Origin: Acidobacteriota bacterium
GTDB lineage: Bacteria > Acidobacteriota > Blastocatellia > Pyrinomonadales > Pyrinomonadaceae
Length of the DNA: 40,683 nt
Reading direction: 5' to 3'
Assembly (NCBI GenBank): GCA_039934155.1
Contig: JBDTMQ010000034.1
Location: 1-40,683, forward strand
Shown: piece after piece, positions 7,902-18,100 of the stretch
Position numbering within the stretch: the stretch's first letter is position 1
How the letters are laid out: each line of letters begins with the position of its first letter
Program-made: the position numbers and the translations under genes
Notes under the pieces: generated by a model
Seen by the model: only the letters and a program-made list of their open reading frames with translations
The model's database searches: none
What the model was told of the DNA's origin: nothing

Positions 7902-10040
7902 ATGAAAACTAAATTTTCTTTCTATTGCGGCATTGCCGCAGTGTGCGTTGTTTTTGCGGCGGCCGCCGCAGTAATAGGCCAATCCGACAAAACTCGTTCG
8001 GATGTGGGCAAGTCATTTTCTCACTTTGAATTAATAAAACTAGATTCAGCCAGCCGGTCGTCGGCGAAAAAGAGCGCCCGAACGCTAAAAGTGAAGGCAG
8101 GCGGCGTCGAACAGGTTTTAAGTATTCAACCTCACGATATCCGCTCGGACCGATATCACGCGGATAATGAACAAGTTATCGGGATGGTTCCTATGGATCC
8201 GTCCGAGATCAACACATATAAGGGTAGCATTGCCGGCGACCCGCTTTCGGAGGTTCGCTTAACGATAGAGAACGGAGCGATCAGCGGATTCTTTGATGTT
8301 CGCGGCCGCCGTTATTTTATTGAGCCAGCGTCGAAATATTCGGCCGGAGCAAGTGCGGAAGACGCGGTGGTATACACGGAAAGTGATGTTCTCAATAAAA
8401 CTCCGTTTTACTGTGACGCAGACCTGCCGACACAGATCGAGTACGGTAACGGCCTCGTTCAGGCACAGAGTTTGGATGGCGCTCAGGCAAACAAGGTGAT
8501 CGAACTTGCCACGGATGCCGATTACGAGTATGTGAACGTTTTCGGCGGCGCCTCACAGGCCAACAGCCAGATCCTTAGCCTCTTGAACATGGTAGAGGGT
8601 ACATATTCGGCGGAGCTCGGCCTCTCGATCAGCGTTGTCTATCAACATACCTGGACCGCACCGGATCCGTTCGGAAGCACGAATTCGGGCGGCGTACTGA
8701 CAAACTTTCTCACCCACTGGAATACTAATTTTCCGCGTTCGACCTACCCGCGTGATGCCGCACATCTTTTCTCCGCCAAACAATACGTTCTCTCAATGGG
8801 AATTGCATACGTCGGGGCGATATGTAATTCACCGTCAGTCGCCTATGGATTGAGCGGGTACGTAAACTGGGCACCGGGCAAATATATGATCCCGGCACAC
8901 GAGATCGGTCATAATCTTGGTGCGAATCACGCCGATTCTTCACAGGGATGCGGCAGCACGATCATGAATGCCGCCCTTTCGGGTTCGACGGCGATGACGT
9001 TCTGTTCCTTCTCGAGGAATGAGATCGGCACTTTTGTCAGTTCCAACGGCAGCTGTCTTTCGACCTCAAGCACGCCAAGTCCGACCCCGACGCCAACTCC
9101 TTCGCCGACGGCGACACCGACGCCATTTCCGACGGCGACACCGACGCCATTTCCGACTCCGACGCCTACACCTTTTCCGACACCAACGCCTACTCCTTTC
9201 CCGACGCCTACGCCGGTGCCGCCTTCGCAGAGAACAAAGTTTGACTTCGACGGCGACGGTCGGGCCGACATTTCGGTCTTTCGCCAGTCAAACGGAACGT
9301 GGTATCTCAATCGCTCGACGCAAGGCTATGGCAGCGTTACTTTTGGTCAAGCCGGAGATAAGTCGGTCGCGGCCGATTATGACGGTGATGGCCGAACGGA
9401 CGGCGCCGTTTACCGATCAGGAACATGGTACCGGTTAAAGAGCGCCTCGGGAACTTTCGACTCGGTGACTTTCGGCGTATCGGGCGATATGCCGGTCCCT
9501 GCGGATTTCGACGGCGATACGAGAGCCGACATTGCTGTTTTTAGGCCGTCAAATGGAACCTGGTATATTTTGGGAAGCCTCGGAAGTTATCGGACTGTAA
9601 ACTTCGGACAAAACGGCGACATCCCTATGACGGGCGATTATGACGGTGACGGACGTTCGGACATTGTCGTTTATCGTCCCTCGAACGGCACCTGGTACCG
9701 GCTCGATTCGACCGGTCCATTCATATCGATCAACTTCGGCATTTTGGGTGACAAGCCGGTCGCGGGCGATTTCGACGGAGATCATCGAGCGGATATAGCT
9801 GTCTGGCGACCTGCCACCGGTACCTGGTATATCCTCGGTTCCCAGGGCTCGTTTAAGTCTGTGACTTTCGGTATCTTGACGGATACGCCAACGCCGGCCG
9901 ACTACGACGGCGATGGCCATACGGATATCTCGGTATTTAGGCCGTCGACCGGTCAATGGTTCCGGCTGGACAGCGGCAGCGGCGCATACAATACAATTCC
10001 GTTCGGGATCTCTTCGGACGACCCGGTTCCGGTATCGTAG
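7902..10040 (+). CDS. Secreted metzincin (reprolysin/M12B-like) zinc metalloprotease with Pro/Thr linker and FG-GAP-like repeats
   Basis: The ATG at 7902 gives the signal peptide [27 protein letters not shown]; the track start at 7860 is [14 protein letters not shown] lies at nt 8898-8930. A PT-rich linker follows, then six repeats of about 44 aa carrying D(F/Y)DGDG(R)(A/T/S)D...WY...FG..GD.P. Confidence 0.85.
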   Translation: MKTKFSFYCGIAAVCVVFAAAAAVIGQSDKTRSDVGKSFSHFELIKLDSASRSSAKKSARTLKVKAGGVEQVLSIQPHDIRSDRYHADNEQVIGMVPMDPSEINTYKGSIAGDPLSEVRLTIENGAISGFFDVRGRRYFIEPASKYSAGASAEDAVVYTESDVLNKTPFYCDADLPTQIEYGNGLVQAQSLDGAQANKVIELATDADYEYVNVFGGASQANSQILSLLNMVEGTYSAELGLSISVVYQHTWTAPDPFGSTNSGGVLTNFLTHWNTNFPRSTYPRDAAHLFSAKQYVLSMGIAYVGAICNSPSVAYGLSGYVNWAPGKYMIPAHEIGHNLGANHADSSQGCGSTIMNAALSGSTAMTFCSFSRNEIGTFVSSNGSCLSTSSTPSPTPTPTPSPTATPTPFPTATPTPFPTPTPTPFPTPTPTPFPTPTPVPPSQRTKFDFDGDGRADISVFRQSNGTWYLNRSTQGYGSVTFGQAGDKSVAADYDGDGRTDGAVYRSGTWYRLKSASGTFDSVTFGVSGDMPVPADFDGDTRADIAVFRPSNGTWYILGSLGSYRTVNFGQNGDIPMTGDYDGDGRSDIVVYRPSNGTWYRLDSTGPFISINFGILGDKPVAGDFDGDHRADIAVWRPATGTWYILGSQGSFKSVTFGILTDTPTPADYDGDGHTDISVFRPSTGQWFRLDSGSGAYNTIPFGISSDDPVPVS
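9111..9206 (+). repeat. Four tandem 24-bp units encoding (A/P)TPTPFPT within the protease linker
   Basis: Read directly. The units are at 9111-9134, 9135-9158, 9159-9182 and 9183-9206. The first two are near-identical at DNA level. They sit inside a larger P/T/S tract at 9072-9224. Confidence 0.8.
9240..10037 (+). repeat. Six tandem coding repeats of about 132 bp (FG-GAP/VCBS-like calcium-binding propeller blades)
   Basis: Protein-level periodicity is seen six times: [20 protein letters not shown]...FG..GD.PV. The DxDxDG motif resembles integrin-alpha FG-GAP repeats. Confidence 0.75.
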
Positions 10041-10067
10041 TTTTTGAACACCGCAAAACTCGAAAAA

Positions 10068-10094
10068 GGCTGTCGGTAACGACGGCCTTTTTTT
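10068..10094 (+). terminator. Rho-independent terminator after the protease gene
   Basis: GGCTGTCG-GTAA-CGACGGCC gives 8 bp including one G.U pair, followed by TTTTTTT at 10088-10094. Confidence 0.7.
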
Positions 10095-10164
10095 GCGTGC
10101 CGCTGAAAATAAGTTTCAAAAGCCGCGTCAAGTGCTAATATTTTAGAATTCTGAGGGAGGGACC

Positions 10165-10752
10165 ATGAAGGGATTTGCTGGGATAAACGGATCGAGGATC
10201 GTGTGCATTTCGACGCTGATGCTGATCCTTTTCAGTTGCGCGGCAGCACAAAACGAAGGCGGCGCCATTCAGGCGATCGACGAGCCGGCAGATTACGGCA
10301 GCGTTGCGGGCGGCGGCGGTCGCGGAGCTGGCGGACAATTAAAGGGAACCGCGGCAAAGAAAACTTCCACAAGTGCAAAGAAAGCTAGCGGCCCAGGCGC
10401 CCGGCCGGTCGTCACCAAGATCGTCAGGCCTGTGGTAAGACCCTGGAATGGTGCCGTGATCGGCGACAAATATACTTTCCTTAATTTTGAAGTAGTTTCG
10501 GCTGTGAAACCATATTATCTGCGAGAAGCCAAGGCGAACGGTGCACGCGGACTCGTACAGGTCGAGGTCTTGATAGACGCCAACGGTAGCGTTTTATCGG
10601 CCCGTGCCCGAACGGGAAATAAGCTTTTGCATCCGGAAGCGGAAAGGGCCGCACTTCAATCCAAATTCAATCGTCCGACGGTGGATGGGCGGCCGGCGCG
10701 CGCCATCGGTTTTCTCGTTTATCGGTTCGGGCCACCTACTGACGACGATTAG
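10165..10752 (+). CDS. TonB C-terminal domain protein (energy transducer TonB-like), exported or membrane-anchored
   Basis: ATG preceded by GAGGGAGG. It has an N-terminal hydrophobic segment (possible lipobox LFSC). The C-terminal GLVQVEVLIDANGSV...ERAALQSKF.P..VDG resembles the TonB_C fold. Confidence 0.68.
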   Translation: MKGFAGINGSRIVCISTLMLILFSCAAAQNEGGAIQAIDEPADYGSVAGGGGRGAGGQLKGTAAKKTSTSAKKASGPGARPVVTKIVRPVVRPWNGAVIGDKYTFLNFEVVSAVKPYYLREAKANGARGLVQVEVLIDANGSVLSARARTGNKLLHPEAERAALQSKFNRPTVDGRPARAIGFLVYRFGPPTDDD

Positions 10753-10793
10753 AACTCGTCCTAAAAAGCAGCAGCCTGATCGCGGACGGTCGT

Positions 10794-11636
10794 TCAGCGA
10801 CCGTGTCCCAAAGAAACGGCCCGCTTGTAAGCGGCGTAGACTGCTTTTGACAACACGGTTCTCAGCGTGCCTTTTTCCATCTGATAAATAGCCTCGGCCG
10901 AAGTTCCGCCGGGCGAGGTCACCATATTCCGTAATTCGGCGGGGTGTTTGTTCGATTCGATGGCGAATTTAACAGACCCGAGCATGGTTTCCTGAACAAG
11001 TTCTTTAGCCATCTCTCGCGAGAATCCGAGGTGCACGCCCGCATCCGTAAGCGCTTCCATAACCATAAAAATGTAGGTCGGGCCGGTTGCTGAAAGCGAT
11101 GTTGCCATGTCGATCATGTTCTCGGTCTCAACATACAGCTCTTTCCCCAGTGCGGAGAGGAGATCACGGATATGCAGCCTCTCGGCTTCTGAAACCATGT
11201 CGGTGCAGGTCCAGGCGGTTATGCCGGCACCTATCTGTGACGGAGTATTGGGCATAGCCCGGACGACCTTTTTCGTTCCAAGAGCAGCCGACAGATGTTC
11301 AATTGTGGCGCCGGCAACTATTGAGAGGGCCAGTGATCCTTCGGGAACCAGACCTGTGAGGTCGTTAGTGACGCGCTGCAACCGCTGAGGTTTGACGCAA
11401 ATAACGATCGCCGAATTCTCTTTCCCGACAGTTTTACCGACCGCTTCCGCGTTGCTCTCAAATGTTTTTATCGCATATTTTTCGCTGAGCTCGCGGCGCC
11501 GATTCTCACGCGGATGGCTGGCGACAATATTTTCGGGCCGAACTATCCGCTCTCTCAATAGGCCCGCGATCATCGATTCGGCCATTACACCGCATCCGAC
11601 AAATGCGAGATCAAGTTCTTTCATCCTATCGGACAT
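10794..11636 (-). CDS. proC: Pyrroline-5-carboxylate reductase
   Basis: Rossmann motif FVGCGVMAESMIAGL and C-terminal SPGGTSAEAI..ME motif. The start is likely the ATG at 11636 or 11624 (MSDRMKELD); the track start at 11711 adds an implausible N-terminal extension. Confidence 0.9.
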   Translation of the reverse strand: MSDRMKELDLAFVGCGVMAESMIAGLLRERIVRPENIVASHPRENRRRELSEKYAIKTFESNAEAVGKTVGKENSAIVICVKPQRLQRVTNDLTGLVPEGSLALSIVAGATIEHLSAALGTKKVVRAMPNTPSQIGAGITAWTCTDMVSEAERLHIRDLLSALGKELYVETENMIDMATSLSATGPTYIFMVMEALTDAGVHLGFSREMAKELVQETMLGSVKFAIESNKHPAELRNMVTSPGGTSAEAIYQMEKGTLRTVLSKAVYAAYKRAVSLGHGR

Positions 11637-11726
11637 ATTTGTTATGGGTTTTCCTCTGATGCAAAATGTAGCAGTCGAAAAGATTAAATCACCTAACATG
11701 CCGCTGGCCAAACGTTGTTAAAAAAA

Positions 11727-12212
11727 ATGTTGACGATACGCAAATCAAAAGAACGAGACAGACCGGCGATCTGGGAGTTAATCCGTTCGGTTATCTCCAC
11801 TGGCGACACATATGTTTTCGAACCGGATTCCGACGAGGAAGAGATGATCAGGTATTGGTTCACGTCCGATAAACACGTGTATTCAGCAGAATGGGACGGC
11901 CGGTTGATCGGCACGTTTTGGATCAAACCAAATCAGCCAGGCTTTGGATCTCACGTTGCAAATGCCGCGTATATGGTCCTTCCTGCGATGGCGGGACAGG
12001 GAATCGGCGGAAAAATGGCTGAATTTTCTATTGACGAAGCTCGTCGGCTCGGTTTTACCGCAATGCAGTTCAATTTTGTGGTCAAGAGCAATGAGGCGGC
12101 GGTCCATCTGTGGGACAAACTCGGTTTCGAGATCATAGGCGAAATTCCCGATGCCTTTCGCCACCCGAAACTCGGTCTCACCAACGTCTATATTATGTAC
12201 CGCCGTCTCTAG
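11727..12212 (+). CDS. GNAT family N-acetyltransferase
   Basis: About 161 aa. The acetyl-CoA-binding-like motif GQGIGGKMAEFSIDEARRLGF and the overall GNAT pattern are present. The first ATG is at 11727 and the track start at 11715 is TTG. Confidence 0.82.
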   Translation: MLTIRKSKERDRPAIWELIRSVISTGDTYVFEPDSDEEEMIRYWFTSDKHVYSAEWDGRLIGTFWIKPNQPGFGSHVANAAYMVLPAMAGQGIGGKMAEFSIDEARRLGFTAMQFNFVVKSNEAAVHLWDKLGFEIIGEIPDAFRHPKLGLTNVYIMYRRL

Positions 12213-12263
12213 TTGGTCTCTATTATTTGGTTTACATTCAGGAAATCGTACAATTGTCTGCTT

Positions 12264-13475
12264 ATGACCATCGACGAACAACTTTCTTATTTGCAAAAGG
12301 GCGCAGTCGACGTGATACGGGTCGAAGACCTAAAGGCCAAACTCGAACGAAGCGCCAAAACGGGAAAGCCGCTGCGTGTCAAACTTGGCCTTGACCCGAC
12401 CGCTCCAGATATTCATCTCGGCCATACGGTGGTAATACGTAAGCTGAAGGCATTTCAGGATCTTGGCCATACAGTAATTTTTTTGATCGGTGATTTTACA
12501 GGAATGATCGGCGATCCGTCGGGTAAGAATGTGACGCGGCCGCCGCTTTCACGCGAGCAGATCAACGAAAATGCAGAGACCTACAAGACCCAGATGTTCA
12601 AGCTGTTGGATCCTGACAAAACGGAACTGCGTTTTAACGGTGAGTGGATGGACAAATTCACCGCCGCCGACTTCGTCAAACTGACGGCAAAAACTACGGT
12701 CAAACAAATTCTCGAGCGCGACGATTTTACCAAGAGGATGAATGAAGAAAAGCCAGTATCGCTGCACGAGCTTTTGTATCCGTTGGTCCAGGGCTATGAC
12801 TCGGTCGCACTTAATGCAGACATTGAGCTGGGCGGGACAGATCAAAAATTCAACTTATTGATGGGCCGAAATTTACAGCGTGAATTCGAACAAGAGCCGC
12901 AAGTCATTATAACGACCCCGCTTCTCGAAGGCCTGGACGGTGTACAAAAAATGTCGAAGTCGCTCGGGAATTACATCGGTATCGACGAATCGGCGGGTGA
13001 AATGTTCGGGAAAGTGATGTCGATCTCGGACGACCTGATGTGGCGTTATTATGAACTGCTGACAGACGAATCCGAAAGCTCGATCGCCGACCGGCGCCGG
13101 CGTTGTGAAACCGGCGAAGAAAACCCGCGAAATGCAAAGGTCGAACTTGCGAAGAAAATAATTTCGGATTTTCACTCGCCTAAGGCAGGAGTTGAGGCGG
13201 AAAATGAGTTCGAACGCCGCTTTATAAAAAAAGAGGCGCCGAGCGAGGTCGGCGAGTGGAAAGTGGCAAGCGGCAAGTACCGGCTTGTCGAACTTTTGAC
13301 AGACACCGAATTAGCGGCGTCAAAAGGCGAAGCAAAGCGGCTTATAGAGCAGGGCGGCGTCAAGGTAAATGGTGAAAAGGCAACGAATTCGGGAGCTGAG
13401 GTTGATCTTACGACCGGTTCGGATATTTTACTTCAAGTCGGTAAACTGAAATTTCTAAGGGTTTTGAGCGAGTAG
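12264..13475 (+). CDS. tyrS: Tyrosine--tRNA ligase
   Basis: HIGH-type motif (DIHLGH), KMSKS motif, and a C-terminal S4-like domain ([22 protein letters not shown]). The ATG at 12264 ([10 protein letters not shown]) is the likely start. Confidence 0.95.
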   Translation: MTIDEQLSYLQKGAVDVIRVEDLKAKLERSAKTGKPLRVKLGLDPTAPDIHLGHTVVIRKLKAFQDLGHTVIFLIGDFTGMIGDPSGKNVTRPPLSREQINENAETYKTQMFKLLDPDKTELRFNGEWMDKFTAADFVKLTAKTTVKQILERDDFTKRMNEEKPVSLHELLYPLVQGYDSVALNADIELGGTDQKFNLLMGRNLQREFEQEPQVIITTPLLEGLDGVQKMSKSLGNYIGIDESAGEMFGKVMSISDDLMWRYYELLTDESESSIADRRRRCETGEENPRNAKVELAKKIISDFHSPKAGVEAENEFERRFIKKEAPSEVGEWKVASGKYRLVELLTDTELAASKGEAKRLIEQGGVKVNGEKATNSGAEVDLTTGSDILLQVGKLKFLRVLSE

Positions 13476-13642
13476 CCCACCGTTTCCAACTTTTTCAGCC
13501 GTAGGGCTCAAATCGAGCGCCTGCAACATTTACAGCTAAACTGCATTTACTTGCAGCCTTTCCGGTTTGTTTTGACATCCCTGTAGCCGTATAATCTAGC
13601 TCCATCCGAAAAAGTCATTTTGTCATCCAATATTTTGTAATA

Positions 13643-14503
13643 ATGAAAACTATCGGAACAAGACGAACAGCCTTAACAGCTAGAATAAATTCGTGGACCG
13701 CGCGTGATAAATCATTGCGTGACCTCGCCAGTAATCTTTCCCGTGTTGCCCGATATGCGATAGACGAAGCCAACAGTCTTTCTCTCGAGCGCGTTTCGAT
13801 CACTCTCGACCGTCTTCCGAAAAAGCTTGAGGGCTTCCGGATCATTCATATTTCCGATACTCATCACAGCCCGCTTACATCGCTCGAACATATTTCTCGT
13901 ACTGTAAAGATCGCAAACCGCCTGAAGCCCGATCTATTTGTTTTGACGGGTGATTATGTTTCACATGAACGAAAGTATATCCGGCCGGTCGCCGAAGAAT
14001 TGGGTAAATTAGAGGCAGAATTCGGGTCCTTTGGGTGTCTCGGCAATCACGATCACTGGACCGACCCTGAACAGGTCACGCGATGTTTTGAAACCGCGGG
14101 AATTAAGATGCTGGTGAATCAGGGAATGCGCTTAGAAGCCCACGGTTCGGCGGTCTGGCTGGCTGGGGTCGACGATCATCTGGTTGGCAAGACAGATATT
14201 ACGGCGGCTCTTCGGGGTTCGTATCCGGACGAAACGAAACTGCTGTTGGCGCATAACCCGCTGATCTTCAGACAATGTGTAAAGAATGGCGTAGATCTGA
14301 CATTCAGCGGGCATACACACGGGGGGCAGGTCAAGGTCCGCGATCCACAGAAACGGCTTTTGCCTCGCCGCAAGCTTTCAAGCGGACTGCATAAGCGAAG
14401 AGGTTCTCAGATCTATATCACGCGTGGGATCGGTACTGTCGTATTGCCGATCCGATATCAATGTCCGCCTGAAATTTCTCTGATCGAGCTGCATTCGGCC
14501 TGA
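13643..14503 (+). CDS. Metallophosphoesterase (calcineurin-like, YkuE-type)
   Basis: Motifs IHISDTHH, TGDYV, GNHD and GHTHGG are all present. Confidence 0.88.
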   Translation: MKTIGTRRTALTARINSWTARDKSLRDLASNLSRVARYAIDEANSLSLERVSITLDRLPKKLEGFRIIHISDTHHSPLTSLEHISRTVKIANRLKPDLFVLTGDYVSHERKYIRPVAEELGKLEAEFGSFGCLGNHDHWTDPEQVTRCFETAGIKMLVNQGMRLEAHGSAVWLAGVDDHLVGKTDITAALRGSYPDETKLLLAHNPLIFRQCVKNGVDLTFSGHTHGGQVKVRDPQKRLLPRRKLSSGLHKRRGSQIYITRGIGTVVLPIRYQCPPEISLIELHSA

Positions 14504-14564
14504 TCACCATCTTTAGATAAGCGTCATATACAGACTGTTCATAGAGCCTATTTCGAACTTTCCC

Positions 14565-15158
14565 ATGAACAGTATCCTCACTATCCCAAACCTTCTCACC
14601 TTTCTCCGGATGGCGCTTATTCCGGTATTCGCTAGCCTGTTGTTTTACGGCTATAGTGGTGCGGCACTGGCAGTGTTTGTCATTGCGGGAATTTCCGACG
14701 GGATCGACGGTTTTGTGGCGCGGCGATTCGGTCAGGAAAGCGAATTGGGGACGATCCTCGATCCGGTGGCAGATAAACTGTTGATGACGACGGCGTTTAT
14801 TGTGCTGACGATGCCAAATGTGCTGCAGCCTGTGCGGCATCTGCCTGTTCCGTTTTGGGTAACCGCCGCGGTGATCGGCCGCGATGTTCTGATCATCACG
14901 GTTGCGGGAGCGATCAATATAATGACGGGTTTTCGAGGGTTCAAGCCCTCGCTGCCCGGAAAAGTAAGCACGTTCGTTCAGGTAATTGCCGTAACACTGA
15001 TCCTATTAGCGGCGGTATTCGGTTACAGTTTTTACCTGCCCACCACCTATTTTATTGTCGTTCTTATGGCTTTTATTTCGGGGTTTCATTACATTTTTCA
15101 TGTTTCGAGATTAATGCGTGAAGAAGGATCGGAAGAGAAACAAAAATCAGACGTATAA
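14565..15158 (+). CDS. pgsA: CDP-alcohol phosphatidyltransferase (CDP-diacylglycerol--glycerol-3-phosphate 3-phosphatidyltransferase-like)
   Basis: Signature DGIDGFVARRFGQESELGTILDPVADK (DGx2ARx8Gx3Dx3D) and several TM helices. 197 aa. Confidence 0.82.
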   Translation: MNSILTIPNLLTFLRMALIPVFASLLFYGYSGAALAVFVIAGISDGIDGFVARRFGQESELGTILDPVADKLLMTTAFIVLTMPNVLQPVRHLPVPFWVTAAVIGRDVLIITVAGAINIMTGFRGFKPSLPGKVSTFVQVIAVTLILLAAVFGYSFYLPTTYFIVVLMAFISGFHYIFHVSRLMREEGSEEKQKSDV

Positions 15159-15176
15159 GATGGACAAACGGGCGGC

Positions 15177-18100
15177 TTACATTTCGCCAAGCGACGTGTC
15201 GTCAATAATATCCGGCATATGTCCCTTCTCGACAGGTTCGGACTCATAAAACTTATCCGCCAGTGGCAGCCGCATTCTGAAATTAGCGCCCAGGCCCTTT
15301 CCCGGACTGTCAACCGATATATCACCGCCGTGCAATTCAACGATGTTCCGGACGATCGTCAGCCCGAGGCCGAGGCCTGCAAAATTTCGGCGTGTCGAAG
15401 CATCCGCCTGAGTGAACCGATCGAAAATATTCGGAATGAACTCGGCTTCGATGCCGACGCCATTGTCCGCAACGACAATGTCTGCGATCGTGTCTTCCCT
15501 TGTAACTGTCACCTCTACGCGCCCTTTTGCCGGCGTGAATTTGAATGCGTTTTGGATCAGGTTGGTTATCGCCTGTTGAAGTCTGACATTGTCCCCCATC
15601 ATAAACAGCGGTTCGGGTAATCCGTGGACCTCGAATTCGATCTCTTTAGCCGTCGCGATCGGCCCCATCGTATCGGCAACCTCTTTAGCAATGACACCGA
15701 TATCGATCAGATCTTTTTCGACCCGCATTTTGCCCGAGATGATTCTCGACACATCAAGAAGGTCTTCGATAAGGCTGGATTGCTGCCTCGTATTTCTTTC
15801 GATCACCTCCAGAGCCTTCTCCGACCGCTCTTCGTCCAGGATACCGGTCCGGAGCATTCGCACCCATCCGAGCATCGCATTCAAAGGCGTTCTCAGCTCG
15901 TGCGATAGGATCGACAAAAACTCGTCCTTCATTTGGTTGGCGGCCTCGGCGTCCTGGCGGGCCTTAGCCTCGATCTCGATCAAACGGACGTTTTCGATCG
16001 CCGCGGCCGCCAGATTTGCGATCATTTCGAGTGCGACTATGTGATCCTGAACGAAGGCCCCGGGTGAGTAGGCCTGGACCTCAATGGTACCCGTCACTCT
16101 GCCCATGACGATCATAGGAACCGCTATCGAGGACTTTGGGTCGATACCGTCCGCCTCGATCACAACGTGCGGCCGACGGCTCATTACATCCATATATTGA
16201 TCGACTATGACCGGCCGGCGGGTAAATACCGCTTGAGAGTTAGGGCCGCCATCTTCGGTCAGCTCGATCGGGGGAAGCTGAGAAATGTCGACCTCACCGT
16301 TTTGTCCCCAGGCGTACGCGGCCGTCCTCATTCTAGTTAAAGGATCAAAGAATGAAACAAAAAAGGCCGAACAATCCATCGAAGACCGCACAAAATTCAG
16401 GATCGTACGATAGATCGTGATCAGGTCACGAGCGGTACCAAAAGTTTGTCCGAGCGGAACGATGCGGGACAATAATTCCTGATATTCGACCGCAGCACGC
16501 CTTTCAGCGGCTAACAAAGCTTCTTGTGCCTTTTTTTGATCGTGGATATCGGTTGACGATCCGATCCAACGCGTGATGCTGCCCGACTTGTCTCGAACGG
16601 CAACGGCCCGGCTTAGATGCCAGCGATATTCGCCGTTCTTCATTCTCAGCCGGTATTCTAATTCGAGAAAACCGTCGGCGAGTGCCTCTTTCCACGCGGA
16701 CTCAAGCGTTTCAGCATCGTCCGGGTGTTGAATTCCAGGGCTATCGCTCGCTTCGCCGGTGTCGAAATCAATGCCAGCGTAGTTCTCAGATAAGGAATTA
16801 TAATAGTCGATCTTTCCTTCGGCATTTGACGTCCAGACAAGATGCGGCATTGCATCGGCGAGGGTTCGATAACGCTCCTCGCTTTCACGAAGGATGGACT
16901 CACTCCGCATTCTTTCAAGCGCCAGCCACGTTCGTTCGGCCGCCATTTCAAGCAGCGAGATCTCCCAGGGGTTCCAGCTTCGAACGCGGCTTTTGGATAC
17001 GATCAAGGTCGATGTCCACTTGCTGCCTCGCATCAACGGAATGGCTACATATGCCCTGATGTTGTGTTTTGTATATCCTTCGCACCGCTCCGGTCCGATC
17101 CTGGGATCGGTCATTACGTCACTCACTACGAGAGTGTTACCCTGTTCGATCTCAGTCCGGGTCGCCGCCCATCTTGAGGAGAGCGAGACTTCGCCTTTAA
17201 GCCCTGAGTCGGCCTCGTCTCTTCGATATTCCCAGTTGATGATCGCGACATCATTTTCGGCCGCTATTTCGTTAAAGAAACAGCGGTCCAGTTCGAGGTG
17301 CCTGCCGATAGCCTCGGTTACATTCAACATCATGTCATCCGGATGTTTCGATACACGGATTATCTCGCCAAGTCGAAGAATAAATTCATTATTGCGCTCG
17401 CTTCTTTTTCGTTCAGAGACATCCTGAATGACGGTCAGCGCAAAGTCTTCACCGCCTATCTCGATCTTTTCGGCAGAAAGAAGGCCGATGATGGTCGATC
17501 CGTCGCGAATAACAAAATCGTATTCGACGTTCCTTACCTGACCGACAGTGTTAAGTTGGTACAACTCTTCCGAGCGGTCGTCAACACGGGCCCAAAGGCC
17601 CAGTTCAACGGTCGTTTTTCCGATGACCTCTTCACGGGAATAGCCGGAAACCTCAACGAACGTATCATTTACCTCGACGAGTGATCCGTCTTTCAAGGAC
17701 GAGATCGTAAGGATCAGCGGACTTGTATTAAAAGCCTTTGAAAATCTTTCTTCGCTCTCGCGAAGACGCTCTTCAGAGAGTTTTCGACTCGTGATATCGA
17801 TGCCGACGCCATAAAGCCGGATGGGTTCGCCTTTCTGCGAATATACCGCCTCGCCGCGGCCTTCCATCCAGCGGATCTCTCCGCTCGAATGATAGAAACG
17901 AAACTCGACCCAGTAATCCCGATTTTCAGCAATTGCGCTTTCTACCGATCGGCGCAGCATTTCGCGATCGTCTACATATACAAGGTCGATATAATGTTCG
18001 TGCGTACCATTAAACTCCCCGGGCGCAAGGCCGAATATCGCTTCCAGCTCTTCACTCCACATTATGGTGTCAGTGGCAATGTCGCTTTCCCACACACCCA

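Noticed and set aside
8927-9310. 127-aa G/V-rich minus-strand ORF, and the idea that the short repeats at 9070-9225 could be a CRISPR-like array
   Set aside because: The repeats are in-frame Pro/Thr codons of the protease linker, with no spacers of unique sequence. The antisense GVGVG frame is a by-product of ACN/CCN codons.
13572-13595. Perfect TTGACA and TATAAT hexamers upstream of the metallophosphoesterase gene
   Set aside because: The spacer is only 12 nt by my count, far from the functional 16-18 nt, so this is unlikely to be one promoter.
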